Source of the DNA: Candidatus Saccharimonadota bacterium
GTDB taxonomy: Bacteria; Patescibacteriota; Gracilibacteria; Absconditabacterales; Absconditicoccaceae
Direction of reading: 5' to 3'
Assembly (NCBI GenBank): GCA_030429145.1
Contig: JAUIDC010000001.1
Span: forward strand, 390,001-422,000
Length of the DNA: 32,000 nucleotides
Below the pieces are notes generated by a model. It made no database searches, was not told where the DNA came from, and was given only the letters and a program-made list of their open reading frames with translations. Shown here piece after piece: positions 1 to 10,609 of the stretch (position 1 is the first letter of the stretch; the number at the start of each line of letters is the position of its first letter). A program made the translations under genes and the position numbers.

Positions 1-32
1 GATAGAGCAATAATGTATGTAAACGAGTGTTT

Positions 33-443
33 TTAGATTTGATCGAGCAATGCTTCCGCTTCTTTGTCTTCCTTTTCGTCGAGCTTTGCTTCTGCTTCTC
101 TGATGTCTTCCACCTTCTTTGCATAACCCATTTCTTGTCGTTTCACAAGATATTTCTTCTTAATCTCTATCTTCTTTTCTTCGTATTTCTTTTCTATCTC
201 TTCCAGTTTTTGCTTTTCTCTTGCAAGGATATCCTCCAGTTTTGCAATCTGCTCGTCGTTCATCATAGGAAGCAGATTAAACCAACTTTGCTTTTCATCA
301 GGTTTTTCAATAGACCTCGACTGTAAAAGCATAGATACAAGACCTGCCTTTTTTTCAATAAACTGATCAGGAATATTGTATTGAGCCGCGATATCCCAAA
401 GAGCCTGTGGTAGATGTTTTTGTATCAGTTGTGTGTTGGCCAT
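33..443 (-). CDS. hypothetical coiled-coil protein, 136 aa (distal gene of the pilT operon within the window)
   Basis: Uninterrupted ATG..TAA ORF. The C-terminal half is K/E-rich (EKQKLEEIEKKYEEKKIEIKKKY), suggesting a coiled coil. Its ATG lies 3 nt after the stop of the upstream small ORF. No family recognised. Confidence 0.55.
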   Translation of the reverse strand: MANTQLIQKHLPQALWDIAAQYNIPDQFIEKKAGLVSMLLQSRSIEKPDEKQSWFNLLPMMNDEQIAKLEDILAREKQKLEEIEKKYEEKKIEIKKKYLVKRQEMGYAKKVEDIREAEAKLDEKEDKEAEALLDQI

Positions 444-445
444 TG

Positions 446-634
446 TTATGATTTTTTCATAAAGCTATCTAAATCCTTCTCTGCTTTTGCCGAAGATATT
501 TCACTCTCCTTGTCAGATATTTCCTTGATAGTAGGTATCTTTTCGTATGATTGCAACGCTTTCTTTTTCATCTCTCTTATCTTTTTAGAAGAGACGTGCT
601 GGCGCTGTGTTCATGATATATATACCTCATTCAT
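446..634 (-). CDS. small hypothetical protein, 62 aa, apparently translationally coupled to pilT
   Basis: The ATG (634-632) overlaps the pilT stop as TAATG. It reads MNEVYIS-G(UGA 611-613)-TQRQHVSSKKIREMKKKALQSYEKIPTIKEISDKESEISSAKAEKDLDSFMKKS and ends at TAA 446-448. It is open only if UGA is a sense codon. Confidence 0.4.
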
Positions 635-1716
635 TATCTTCCCATCGTATTATTGAGGATAAATGATACTGTTTCAGCGGCAACGATTCCCTTTTCTACC
701 AGTCTTTGTGCGTACTGTTTCATAGAGATCATTCCCGAACTATTGTTTGTTTCGATAATATTGTCAATTTGTGAGATAGCGCGTTTCGCTATGTTGTTTC
801 TTGTAGCGAGGGTATTAACCATAAGTTCAAACACTCCCACTCTCGATTTTCCGTCAGCCGCTTTCACGAGGAATTGAGACTGCACTCCGATAAGAGCATC
901 AGCTAAACGGTCTGCGACACTGTCTTGGATTTCTGGAGAAAAGAATGACATAAATCTATTTACCGTCAACGCTGCTGATGAAGTATGCAGAGTAGAGAAA
1001 ACCAGATGCCCTGTCTCCGCAAGAGAGAGCACTGACTCTGCTGTTTCTTTATCACGAATTTCTCCAACAAAAATGACATTCGGGTCTTCACGCATCGTTG
1101 ATCTCAATGCATTCATAAACGACCACGTATCGTGACCAACCTCTCTTTGTGAGATAATTGACTTGTCTGCCTTGAAAATAAACTCAATAGGATCCTCGAT
1201 GGTAATAATGTTTTCGGCTCTGGTTGAGTTGATGTGTTCTATCATAGAAACGATAGAGGTTGACTTACCTGACCCAGTAGGACCTGTCACAAGCATAAGA
1301 CCTGTCTTCTTTGCGAGGATCTTTTGCTTGATAGTTTCTGCAACGTCTGAGAACATCAAATCATTCAACTCTTTTGCAACGGAGTTAATCTTTCTCATGA
1401 CGATTCCGATTTTTCCGAGCTTGAAGTAAGCATTGACTCTGTACGGAGTTCCGTCCATAGAAACATACGAAAAATCGGCTTCCTTGTCACCAACGAACTT
1501 CTCATATGCTTTCTGATTTCCCTTCATAAGGTGCTTAAGCATGATTTCTACATACTCTTCAGCAAGCTTACTTGTTTTCTCATACTTTTGTATTTCTCCA
1601 TTTACACGGAAAGAGATATACTCATCTGATGAGATGTGGATGTCAGAGACCGCTTCGTTAGAAGAGATTTTCGAGAGGATCGCCTCGATATTGATCTCTT
1701 TTTCAAAATTTACCAT
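634..1716 (-). CDS. pilT: type IV pilus retraction (twitching motility) ATPase PilT, 360 aa
   Basis: Intact ORF with Walker A GPTGSGKST, Asp/Walker B region VIFVGEIRDKETA and His box ETGHLVFSTLHT. Length and motif order are typical of PilT/PilU secretion ATPases. Confidence 0.9.
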   Translation of the reverse strand: MVNFEKEINIEAILSKISSNEAVSDIHISSDEYISFRVNGEIQKYEKTSKLAEEYVEIMLKHLMKGNQKAYEKFVGDKEADFSYVSMDGTPYRVNAYFKLGKIGIVMRKINSVAKELNDLMFSDVAETIKQKILAKKTGLMLVTGPTGSGKSTSIVSMIEHINSTRAENIITIEDPIEFIFKADKSIISQREVGHDTWSFMNALRSTMREDPNVIFVGEIRDKETAESVLSLAETGHLVFSTLHTSSAALTVNRFMSFFSPEIQDSVADRLADALIGVQSQFLVKAADGKSRVGVFELMVNTLATRNNIAKRAISQIDNIIETNNSSGMISMKQYAQRLVEKGIVAAETVSFILNNTMGR

Positions 1717-1817
1717 CCTTTTGTTTTATAGAGAATAAACATACTTAAAGTATACTCTTCTCCTAGAAAATTGTCAAAAAACTGTCGGCTATTTACCTAC
1801 CCCCACAATTTCGCTAT

Positions 1818-2246
1818 TCACAGTGTCAGAAAAACAAGTATAGTATGCGTAAACGACGAAATGCCGCTTATTTTCTGCGTTGTTTGATAGTTTTCCATCA
1901 ATCTTTTTCTAAATTCCTTCGTAAAAATCTCTTTTTTTAGTAGATCTTCCAAATAGTCCATGTTTTCTTGTATTTGAGGAAAGTAGCTCATATATGTGGC
2001 TACGGGCTTAGAAAAAAGCTTCTTTTTGTCATGATAGAGCACCTCTGCTGATCATTGATAATCAACGAGCTTCTCTTTTGATTGTTCAAGCTGTTTTGCT
2101 GTTTCATAAAAAACATAATCTACATCATACGTAAAGATCATTTCAAATCTTCTCTTATGACGGGCGAGCGCAGATTGTGCTGCTACTAAAACAATCACGA
2201 CTACTAAGTAGACAAAAACTACTATCCAAACTATCGACATACTCAT
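1818..2246 (-). CDS. hypothetical N-terminally membrane-anchored protein, 142 aa
   Basis: Track ORFs 2052..2246 and 1818..2042 are in the same frame and separated only by TGA 2052-2054. The N-terminus is a hydrophobic helix (IVWIVVFVYLVVVIVLVAA). Its ATG overlaps the tilS stop (TAATG at 2244-2248). Confidence 0.55.
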
Positions 2247-3511
2247 TATTTCAAATAAACACGAGGTACAACCTCTTTTACAACATCTATAATCTTACCT
2301 TTTTTTTCAATAACTGGAACAAAATCCCTCCAAAATACTGGTATTTTTTGATTGAGCATCCATTTTTTTGCCCTTTTTCACTTGTAGGCATCTCCTTGCT
2401 TTGTATAACGAATAGTGCCACCTTTTCGTTCTTTTTTTATAGCTATTTTTACGTTATCAAACATGATCTTTTCCTCTTTTGTTGTAATATTTTTCTGCTC
2501 ATTTGATGAATAATTTCGAAACTCTTTTTTCCCATCAATAGCATAGAGTTTCCCATGTGACTTAAAGAAATAAACTCCTTCTAGTAGCTTATATCAGTCA
2601 TCACTTGTATTACTAAAGATTGTCCATTCTGCAAGAGTTTTTTGAGAAATTTTCTTATAGATTCCTAGCTGCTGAAATACGTATGCTCGATCGTTCTCTA
2701 CAAAATCATTTCATCTATTGGGTGATCATATCTTTATATGATAACAGTAGCTTGCTCCCCATGCTTTGGGAAAACGGCTTAAGGGAATGAGCCACACATT
2801 GTCAGAAGAGGATACTATTTGGGCTCTTTCTATTTGTTCATAGATAAGTAGCCAGCTGTCATACCGCCTTGATGAGGACCTAAGAAGCTGAATTTGTGGA
2901 AATATCTCATTCCTAAGAGAGTTTCTAATAGTCAACGATGAGAGTTTATTTGTTTCATCAGTAAAATATGACACTTTATTGCTTTTGCATAGTTCTTCAA
3001 TATATCGCTTTTGAAGATCGATAAGTGGGCGAAGATAGAACTTTCACTCTCTGTAGTCACAAAATGTCATATTTGCTAGACCCTGAAGACTCGTCCCACG
3101 AAGCAGATTGATAAACGAGGTCTCAATACGATCGTCTAAATTATGCCCTAATGCAAGATAGGAAGCAGCTTCTTTTGTCAATATCTCCTGAAAAAACTCC
3201 TTTCTTAGCCTGCGAAGTGTTGTCTCATTTTGTCATTTCTTTGGCTTCTCTTCATTATAGTAGATATGATGAAACTTATACTTTTTGAAAATCTCTTTCT
3301 GTTCTTTGTCAGACTCTTTTCTTTGTCCATGGTTGAAGTGAGCGACCACAAGTAGTTGTTCGTCCCATCAGTTCTTTTCATAGTAGTCCTGTAAAAGAGT
3401 TATGAGAAAACTACTATCTGGTCATCCCGAAACTCATACTATGATTTTTTCAGGTTTTACCAAAATCTTATCAAGTTTTCAAAAAATTTTGTCTTTTTCA
3501 GGAAAATGCAT
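2246..3511 (-). CDS. tilS: tRNA(Ile)-lysidine synthase TilS, 421 aa (UGA=Gly)
   Basis: Reading UGA as Gly gives the N-terminal PP-loop KIIV-G-VSG-G-PDS, with both bracketed Gly encoded by TGA (3434-3436 and 3422-3424). Downstream motifs are HNLDDRIETSFINLLRGT, RPLIDL and YFTDETN...IRNSLRNEIFP. Length is 1266 nt, divisible by 3, ending at TAA 2246-2248. Confidence 0.85.
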
Positions 3512-3538
3512 AAGATAGATGCAGATATAAATTGTAAG

Positions 3539-3546
3539 TGTATAAT
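3539..3546 (+). promoter_or_regulatory. possible extended -10 promoter element (TGTATAAT) for the DUF177 gene
   Basis: TGTATAAT lies 64 nt upstream of the ATG at 3610, in the divergent tilS/DUF177 intergenic region. I see no clear -35. Confidence 0.3.
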
Positions 3547-3609
3547 ATATAAATATGCTTCAATTGAAATCAAAAAAGCGCAGAATATTTATCTTTTTTA
3601 AGTGATATT

Positions 3610-4089
3610 ATGAAAGATTTCGGATGGAAGATTAAAATATCTGATCTTCTGAGAACTCCAGGAAAGGAAGATGAGATTCCCTTTGAGAAAAAATTTGTTC
3701 CAGAGATAAAATGAATTACAGAAGATGGTATTTCAGGAGTCATTATAGTAAAAGCCCTCGACCGCTATAGCGTTTTAGTGTCAATTGAAAACCTTAGTAC
3801 CTCTATAGAAGATGTTTCTGATATTTCTTGAGAGCCTTTTACTCGCGAGGTAAACAATCCTTTCTACGAAGCTCTTTTTATTATTCCTCACGAGGAAAAA
3901 AAGAAGATAAGAAAAAAGGATGAGGCTGATGAATACTTTGAAATAAACGAGAAGGATGAAAGTATTGATATCACTGAAATGGTACAAAATGCTATCATAG
4001 CAGTACAACCAATTGTCAAGGCTGATGAAAATGAAAACTTGTCAGAAAGTGAAGAAGATGTTGAAAGCGATTTTGACCAATACGTATAG
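3610..4089 (+). CDS. YceD/DUF177-like protein, 159 aa (UGA=Gly)
   Basis: ATG 3610 to TAG 4087-4089, 480 nt, with two in-frame TGA. The acidic C-terminal half with EIDITEMVQNAIIAVQPIV-type segment and the overall size resemble DUF177 (large-subunit rRNA accumulation protein). The typical Cys pairs are absent, so the call is moderate. Confidence 0.55.
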
Positions 4090-4129
4090 TTTTTACATTT
4101 CAACATTTTTTCACAAGCACATATTTTAT

Positions 4130-4157
4130 AAAAAAGCAGTACCCATCCCTGCTTTTT
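4130..4157. terminator. bidirectional rho-independent terminator between convergent DUF177 and K+ channel genes
   Basis: AAAAAAGCAG-tacccatcc-CTGCTTTTT: a GC stem flanked by an A-run and a T-run, so it is followed by a U-tract on both strands. Confidence 0.6.
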
Positions 4158-4209
4158 CTTTTTAGACAATTTGTGAAAGATTTTTCTTTATTGTTATTAT
4201 TAATTTTTA

Positions 4210-5064
4210 TTAATATTTATCTAAGAAATAATCACTATCAGATGTTAGATCATGTGAAGAAAGTTTTTCTCAACAGACACGACAGTATGTTGCATCATCT
4301 GCATGAGGTCATGTTTTACATTTGTGGCAAATTGCGTCGGCACAGGACTCCTTGTGGATAAGTCTCATAACATCTAAAAAGGTAACTATAGAAATAGATG
4401 ATATGATCGCAAGAAAAATTGGTCCAAAAAGAATGACGACAGATCAAATTATTTTTCCTAGAACAGTTGTTGGATAGACATCTCCATATCAGACTGTAGA
4501 CATAGTTACTAGTGTTCGCCACATACTATTGGGGATATTTGAGAATCAAGGATTTATATGTGACTCTGTTGCATAGATAAGAAAAGATCAAATTAACAAA
4601 CAGATAAGAAAAAATACTCATGCTATCTTGTACTTATATGCATTTTTCTTGAGAGCCTTCCAAAGATTTGTTAAGAATACAAAATATTTTCCAAGTCTAA
4701 ATACTCTAAAAATTCTTGTTGCTCTTAAAACTTTTAGATAATCTACAGCAAAATATCCCTTTAGTCAGAATGCAAGTATGAAAGGAATAGAAGCGAAAAG
4801 GTCAAAAATATTGAATATATTAGTAAAATACTTTTTCTTTCGTCATGAGAGATGTGCACGAATAAGAAAGTCTATCAGAAAAAGAAAAGATATAATAAGC
4901 TCTAGAGCAAGAATTGCATGATAAAAATCTGTTTCAACTTTTCTTACAGAAGCTACTATCATCAAGACAATAGCCAAAAGAGTAACACTCCACATTACTG
5001 CATTTGCGAGATCACCTCGTTTTTTATCTGTAGGATAATCGATATAGATTTTCTTTTTGTTCAT
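4210..5064 (-). CDS. voltage-gated-type 6TM potassium channel with C-terminal zinc-ribbon tail, 284 aa
   Basis: 855 nt, in frame throughout. The S4 segment is LKVLRATRIFRVFRLGK, with Arg every third residue and all four encoded by AGA. Pore helix plus filter reads IPNSMW-[CGA]-TLVTMSTV-[UGA]-YGDVYP, matching canonical WWxxVTxTTVGYGD. The C-terminus is CHKCKTGPHADDATYCRVCGEKL (CxxC..CxxC). Confidence 0.85.
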
Positions 5065-5132
5065 CTTTTATATAGGAGATAATTACCTACCATAAGTATA
5101 ATCTGTTACTCCTAAAAAGACAAAAAGTAAGA

Positions 5133-5160
5133 TTGACTTGTTTATCAAACATTATAAAAT
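5133..5160 (+). promoter_or_regulatory. sigma70-like promoter candidate for the AbrB-MFP-RND operon
   Basis: TTGACT (5133-5138), a 16-nt spacer, then TAAAAT (5155-5160), about 70 nt upstream of the ATG at 5233. Confidence 0.4.
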
Positions 5161-5198
5161 AAATATCTTGTATTAAACTACGAAATTCTTACCATTCC

Positions 5199-5224
5199 CA
5201 CAAGTTATACTTTTTATACTTGTG
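5199..5224. promoter_or_regulatory. imperfect palindrome (candidate operator) between promoter and AbrB-like gene
   Basis: CACAAGT(T)ATA-ctttt-TATACTTGTG: perfect 7-bp outer arms, extendable to 10 bp with one bulge. It ends 8 nt before the ATG of the AbrB-family gene. Confidence 0.4.
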
Positions 5225-5232
5225 AATAAAAA

Positions 5233-5448
5233 ATGAAAACACCACACGATATAAAAATGTGCGGCAATGTGACCGTATGACCCAAATGACAGGTGGTTAT
5301 ACCAAAAGATGTAAGAGAGCTTCTAGATATTAAACCAGGTGATAGCCTGGTTGTTATTGTGAAAGCAGATAGAGCGGTTGGTATGATCAAGTCAGAAAAT
5401 ATTCCTGAGATGATAGAATATATCGAGTCGGAAATGGGTTCATGTTAA
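5233..5448 (+). CDS. AbrB/MazE/SpoVT-family DNA-binding protein, 71 aa
   Basis: MKTPHDIKMCGNVTV-G-PK-G-QVVIPKDVRELLDIKPGDSLVVIV: the classic looped-hinge-helix motif (tvg.rGQvvIPkevR..lgIkpGD), with both bracketed Gly encoded by TGA. 216 nt, ends TAA. Confidence 0.75.
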
Positions 5449-5470
5449 ATTTATACTTTGATATTATTTG

Positions 5471-7285
5471 ATGAAAAAAAGAAGTACGATAATATTTATT
5501 GCAATAATTGCTACTTTGTCGGGTATTGGTGTGATACAGTGACAGAGATGAGAAACAAAGAGTGAGGCTACTGAAAGACAAGTTTTCTTTATTCAAACAG
5601 ATCCTCTTACACAGAAGGAGTATCAGGGAACTATCACAAAAACGGCCTCTGTGAAATCGTCTAGTGATATTACGATTAATGCGCAGGTTGGGTGACGCGT
5701 AAACAATATTAGCGTTGCTTTGTGACAGAAAGTAGGAAATAAACAGCGTTTACTCTCTATGAGTGATATAGCTGGTTCATACTCATTTGGTGCGCAAAAG
5801 GCAGCTCTTTCTGTTCAGTCTGCACAAAACAATTTTGAGATAAACAGATTAAATCTAGATAAACAAATCCAAGATGCGCAGCTCGCCTATCAAAAAACAT
5901 TAGTCTCTTCACAGTCTAGCATCATCGGAGTGGGCAATTCTAGTGCTGATCTCCAGCTTCAAAAGCTAGAACAGGATTTGGCAAAAGCACGTTCTGATTA
6001 TAATGCGAAGCTTAAGAGTGATGATCAAACATTGGAAAATTACGTTAATACAGCAAAAAACGTCTACAGCGATGTGACAAATCTTATGTTAGATGTAATT
6101 GATAAATCAGATAAGTTCTTAGGATATACCAATGAAAATGCCCATTATAATAACGGATTTGAGGTCTATATTAGCGTGAAGGATGATAATGCAAGATATA
6201 TGGCAGAACAGGAGCTAGCAGAGCTTATCAACCTGAGAGAAGAACTTAAAAAGCTAGGAGACGAGATAACTTTAGACAATATAACAGAGTTTCTTTCTGA
6301 CTATAAGATGATCGTCGCGTGAATTAATGAGATGACTGTCGCAATGAAAAAAGTGCTTAACAATACTACACCAGGATGAACGCTTACTCCAGCATGACTT
6401 GATGCAGAGGTGGCAGCATTCACTACTTCGCAGACAAGAGCTAGTAGTATTTCCTCGTCTATTACCTCTCAAGTAAATGGGATAGATCTTTTCGTTACAA
6501 CATATGGAGACAATCAAAACTCTCTCGAACAACAGATAGCTTCATTGGAAACCCAGATAGCAGTTAGTAGAAGACAACTTGAAGACGCGAGTCAAAATGC
6601 TGAGATATCTCTAGAACAAAGTAGAAATAATCTCGACTTTCTAAAAAACACAAGAGATGAAAACCTTGCATCTCTTCGTAACTCTCTTGGTCAATCACAA
6701 GTTGCCTACCAAGAAGCACAGTTTAATCTGTGAAAGTTTTCCGTCAATGCTCCTATAGAAGGAGTTATCACAGAGGTTATGGTTGATGCGTGACAAGAGG
6801 TTTCTCCTGGAACGCCACTTATAAAGATGGTTTCTCAGTGAAAAGAAGTTGAGGTAAAAGTAACAGCTGATGAAAGACAGTATATTACTATAGGACAAGA
6901 GGTTCAGCTCTCTTATGAGAATACGATAGTTACTGGGCAAGTAAGTGAAATGTCGTCGGTGGCAGACAGTACGGCAAATTATACAGTAAAAATATCGATA
7001 GATGAAAAAACGCCTGTTGATATCGGAGCCTTTGTTGACGTAACTATTCCGCTCCAAGGGTGAAACAATATCATTCCTCTCAATGCGGTTACTATTGTTG
7101 ATAACAATAGAGGACAGATATTTATCTGGAATGGAGAAAACATAGAAACAAGAACCGTTACATTGGGTTCTGTCTATGGTAGTTCTATTGAGGTAGAAGA
7201 AAAATTTTCTGCCGGAGAAGAGCTTATAGTATCGGATGTTTCTCGCTATGATCCAGATAGCATGGACATCAAGAAAAGACAATAG
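5471..7285 (+). CDS. efflux RND periplasmic adaptor (HlyD/MFP family) with very long coiled-coil insert, 604 aa
   Basis: N-terminal TM segment (IIFIAIIATLSGIGVI), then a lipoyl-like half (ITINAQVGGRVNNISVALGQKVG). A long Q/L/A-rich coiled coil spans roughly nt 5760-6720. The second lipoyl half is APIEGVITEVMVDAGQEVSPGTPLIKMV, followed by beta-barrel/MP-type segments. Track ORFs 5759.. and 6410.. are in frame with ATG 5471. Eleven in-frame TGA. Confidence 0.8.
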
Positions 7286-7307
7286 TTTATTTATAGAGAT
7301 CTAGTGA

Positions 7308-10300
7308 ATGAGTGAAAAAATAAGATATTATAAAAAAAGATTGTTGAATACCTGGTTTTGACGATGGGTGAAAAATTATAGAGTTTCTTTCCTACTGATA
7401 TTCTTGTTGGTGGCGTATGGAACATTTTCACTTATTCGTATTCCGAAAGAATCAACGCCAGATATTCCTTTTGGTATTGTCCAAATAACTACAGCCTATC
7501 CGGGAGCAAATCCTGTAGATATAGACTCTCTTATCACACAAAAGATAGAGGACGAGATAAAAAACATGCCGGAAATTGACTCATTGGAGTCAAACTCTTC
7601 TCTGGGGATTTCAATCATTGCTATCACGCTCAATAGTACGGCAGACACGAAAGAGTTTATTGCGGATGTGAAAAATAAGGTAGATACTCTTGTTTTTCCC
7701 GAAGATGTGACGGATCCTAATGTGACAGAAATTTCGAGTGATAATGCGGTCCTGTTTCAGATGATGATCTACTGACCTCAAGAGAGATTTACTCTCAACC
7801 AGGTGAGATCTCTTGCTGTACAGTTGAAGAAAGAGATAAATGGAAAAGGAGATATTGTTGATGTATCTCTTTCGGGTGTTCCGTCGGATTCAGACTATGA
7901 CATAGCGGTTCTTCTTGATCAGCAAGCGCTAGAAAGCTATGGACTATCTGTTAGCCAGGTCGTTTGAGCTATCAGAAGTTACAATCAAAATCTTCCGCTG
8001 GGTAACCACGAACTGGGAGAGCTCTCTTATGACTATAGGATAGACAATGAAATTACCTCTATGGATGAGCTCAACAACATTCCTATTTCTATCAACAACG
8101 GACAAGATTACATAAAACTTTCTGAGATTACTACCATCAAAAGGGACTATAAAAATACTGCTGTCACGCGAGGCGGTGTACAAGGCTCAGCTCAAAACTA
8201 CGCAGTATCTATCACCATATTTAAAAAGAAAAGAACAAGTGTCTTCTCTGCGTCAAGTGAAGCAAAGGAGTTAATAGATAAAACATTGAAGAAACCTTTG
8301 TACGACGGACTGCAGGTAGAATATACGACCGATCTGTCAGAGATTATTATAGACGACTATAAGTCTCTTGGTATTAGTGCTCTGACATCGATATTACTCG
8401 TTCTTATGATAACGGCGCTCTTTATTGGGGTGAGGCAGTCGCTTATTGCGACTCTGGGGATGATTATTTCGTTTTTCATTACCTTTGTTGTGCTCGACCT
8501 TGCTGGTATGACGATGAACTTTTTGACCAACTTTAGTTTGATCTTAGCCTTTTGATCGGGTATCGATACTGTTATTGTGTTCATCGAGGCGGCTCGTGAG
8601 AACATGAAAAAATGATACAATCCAGCGAGTTCAATCCTCTTAGCAGTTAATACCTACAAGGCTCCAAACATAAACTCGTCGTTGACGAATCTAGTAGTAT
8701 TTATCCCTATGCTAGTGCTACCAGGTGTTACTGGAAAGTTTCTTTCGTACATTCCTATTACAATCTTTACGACGCTGCTGGCAAGCTTGTTTCTTTCTCT
8801 TACCGTAAACAATGCAATGTTTGCGAGATTCAATAAAAAATGGAACTACTACTACGAAGAGGATGAAAGCTCAGAGATGATCATGTCAGAAAATGATAGA
8901 GCACTACTTGAAGAGGAGAGAAAAGGAAAGCAGGTAAAACAAAGAACCACAGAACCTTGGTTTGAAAAATTTATCAACAAGTATGTGATAGTTCCGTATA
9001 TTCACCTTTTGAAAAAAACGCTGAGTCGTAAGCGCTGGAGAAAGTTGGCGGTGCGAGCTCCGGTTGGACTTCTTTTTCTCACATTTATTGTTCTTTCTCC
9101 ATCGATAGGATTTAAGCTTTTCCCATCGGGAGATAATCCATTTCTGAACTATGCGATAGAAGGGAAACAGGGTCAGACGACAGACTCGATGGCTGTAGCT
9201 GTATCAGGTGTGGATGCAATCATAGCAGACATCCCAGAGATAAAAACATATGAGATAAATATTAATAAGGATACGGCGAATCTTGGTTTGGTGTTGGTTG
9301 ATAAAGAAGACAGGAAAAGAGACAGCTTTGAAGTAGAAGAAGAAATATCACAGAGGCTCCACTATCTCAGAGAGATTGGATATAAGGTTGAAGGAAAAGT
9401 AGAAGCGGGTGGACCACCAGTTGGAAAGGCAATAGGAGTAAAACTTATAGCAGAAGATACCTCTCAGCTTCAGGAGTTAAAGAATGTGAGTAAGGACTTT
9501 GAAGCGTTCATAGAATCTATCACAGGTTCAGTAAATGTGACAAATTCGAGCTCTGAAAATCCTGGACAGTTCTCAGTAGCCTTTGACAAGCAAAAACTTG
9601 CACAGCTTGGACTAACTCCTCAAGACGTGCAAAGCGAACTCTATGCTGCCATCAATGGTCAGAAAGCAGGAAATATAAATCTTGAGAATACAGAAAGAGA
9701 TATCGTCGTAAAAGTAAAAACATTTGATGATGCCTTCTCTCCTGATCAACTAAGATCTCATACTATCCAAACAAGAAAGGGACCAGTAAGCGTGGCAGAA
9801 GTAGGAGAGATCTCTCTTGATCCAGCGTTGGCTTCCATCCAAAGATCAGAATGAGATCTTGCTATCACAACCGAAGCAGATCTAGAGCCGGGGTTGTCGC
9901 CAACCAGTTATCAGGCAGAACTCATAGAGTTTGCTCAACAGTACGACTTCCCGGCTGGCATCTCGTATAAAGCATGAGGAGAAAACGAAGCAAACAAGGA
10001 GCTCATACAGGCGACTATCATGGCATTTTTTGTGGCTATTTTCCTCGCGTTTATTATCTTGGTGTATCAGTTTAACTCATACAGCAAACCAGCTATTATC
10101 CTGTATAGTATCGTGACGGCACTCTTGGGTGTGAATGTGTGATTGTATGTGACAGGAAATCCGTATAGCATGGCCTTTGGTATTGGGTTTATTTCATTGA
10201 TAGGAGTGGTGGTAAATACGGCAATCTTCCTTGTAGATAGAATCAATGAGAACTTGAAGCATGGTGCGACGATAGAGAAGGCGATCATAGAAGCTGGAAC

Positions 10301-10562
10301 GGTGAGGGTGAAGCCTATTGTGATTAGTACGCTAACGACAATCCTTGGTATCGGCTCTGTTGTTACACAGGATGAGTTCTACGCGGGACTTGGTTGGACG
10401 GTCATTTTTGGTCTGCTATTTTCGACGGCGATTACGCTATTGGCGGTTCCAAATCTTTTCTATGCTGCATTTAAGAGAGGAGAAGAACGTAGAAAGAAAA
10501 AACAGTGACAGGAAAATGGTACGGCAGAATTAGATGATCAGATGGTTGCTACTGCGGAGTAA
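7308..10562 (+). CDS. RND-superfamily efflux transporter permease (AcrB/HAE-type), 1084 aa
   Basis: Five track fragments (7368.., 8061.., 8682.., 10143..) are all in frame with ATG 7308 and joined by 9 in-frame TGA. The 12-TM RND architecture is present with two large loops. TM4-like and TM10-like segments are FSLILAFGSGIDTVIVFIEAAREN and SLIGVVVNTAIFLVDRINE. With UGA as sense the ORF runs past TGA 10506 to TAA 10560-10562. Confidence 0.9.
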
Positions 10563-10576
10563 TAATACCAATGAAA

Positions 10577-10609
10577 AAAGGTCCTCATGGCGAGGGCCTT
10601 TATTTTTTT
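10577..10609. terminator. bidirectional terminator between convergent RND pump and photolyase genes
   Basis: AAAGGTCCTC-atggc-GAGGGCCTTT (one G.U pair) followed by TATTTTTTT on the plus strand and preceded by an A-run. It overlaps the photolyase stop codon (10600-10602). Confidence 0.65.

Noticed and set aside
27-326. Plus-strand ORF 27..326 (99 aa, F/L-rich).
   Set aside because: It is the antisense shadow of the K/E-rich coiled-coil gene 33..443. Its product is phenylalanine/leucine low-complexity sequence, as expected from the reverse complement of AAR/GAR-rich coding sequence.
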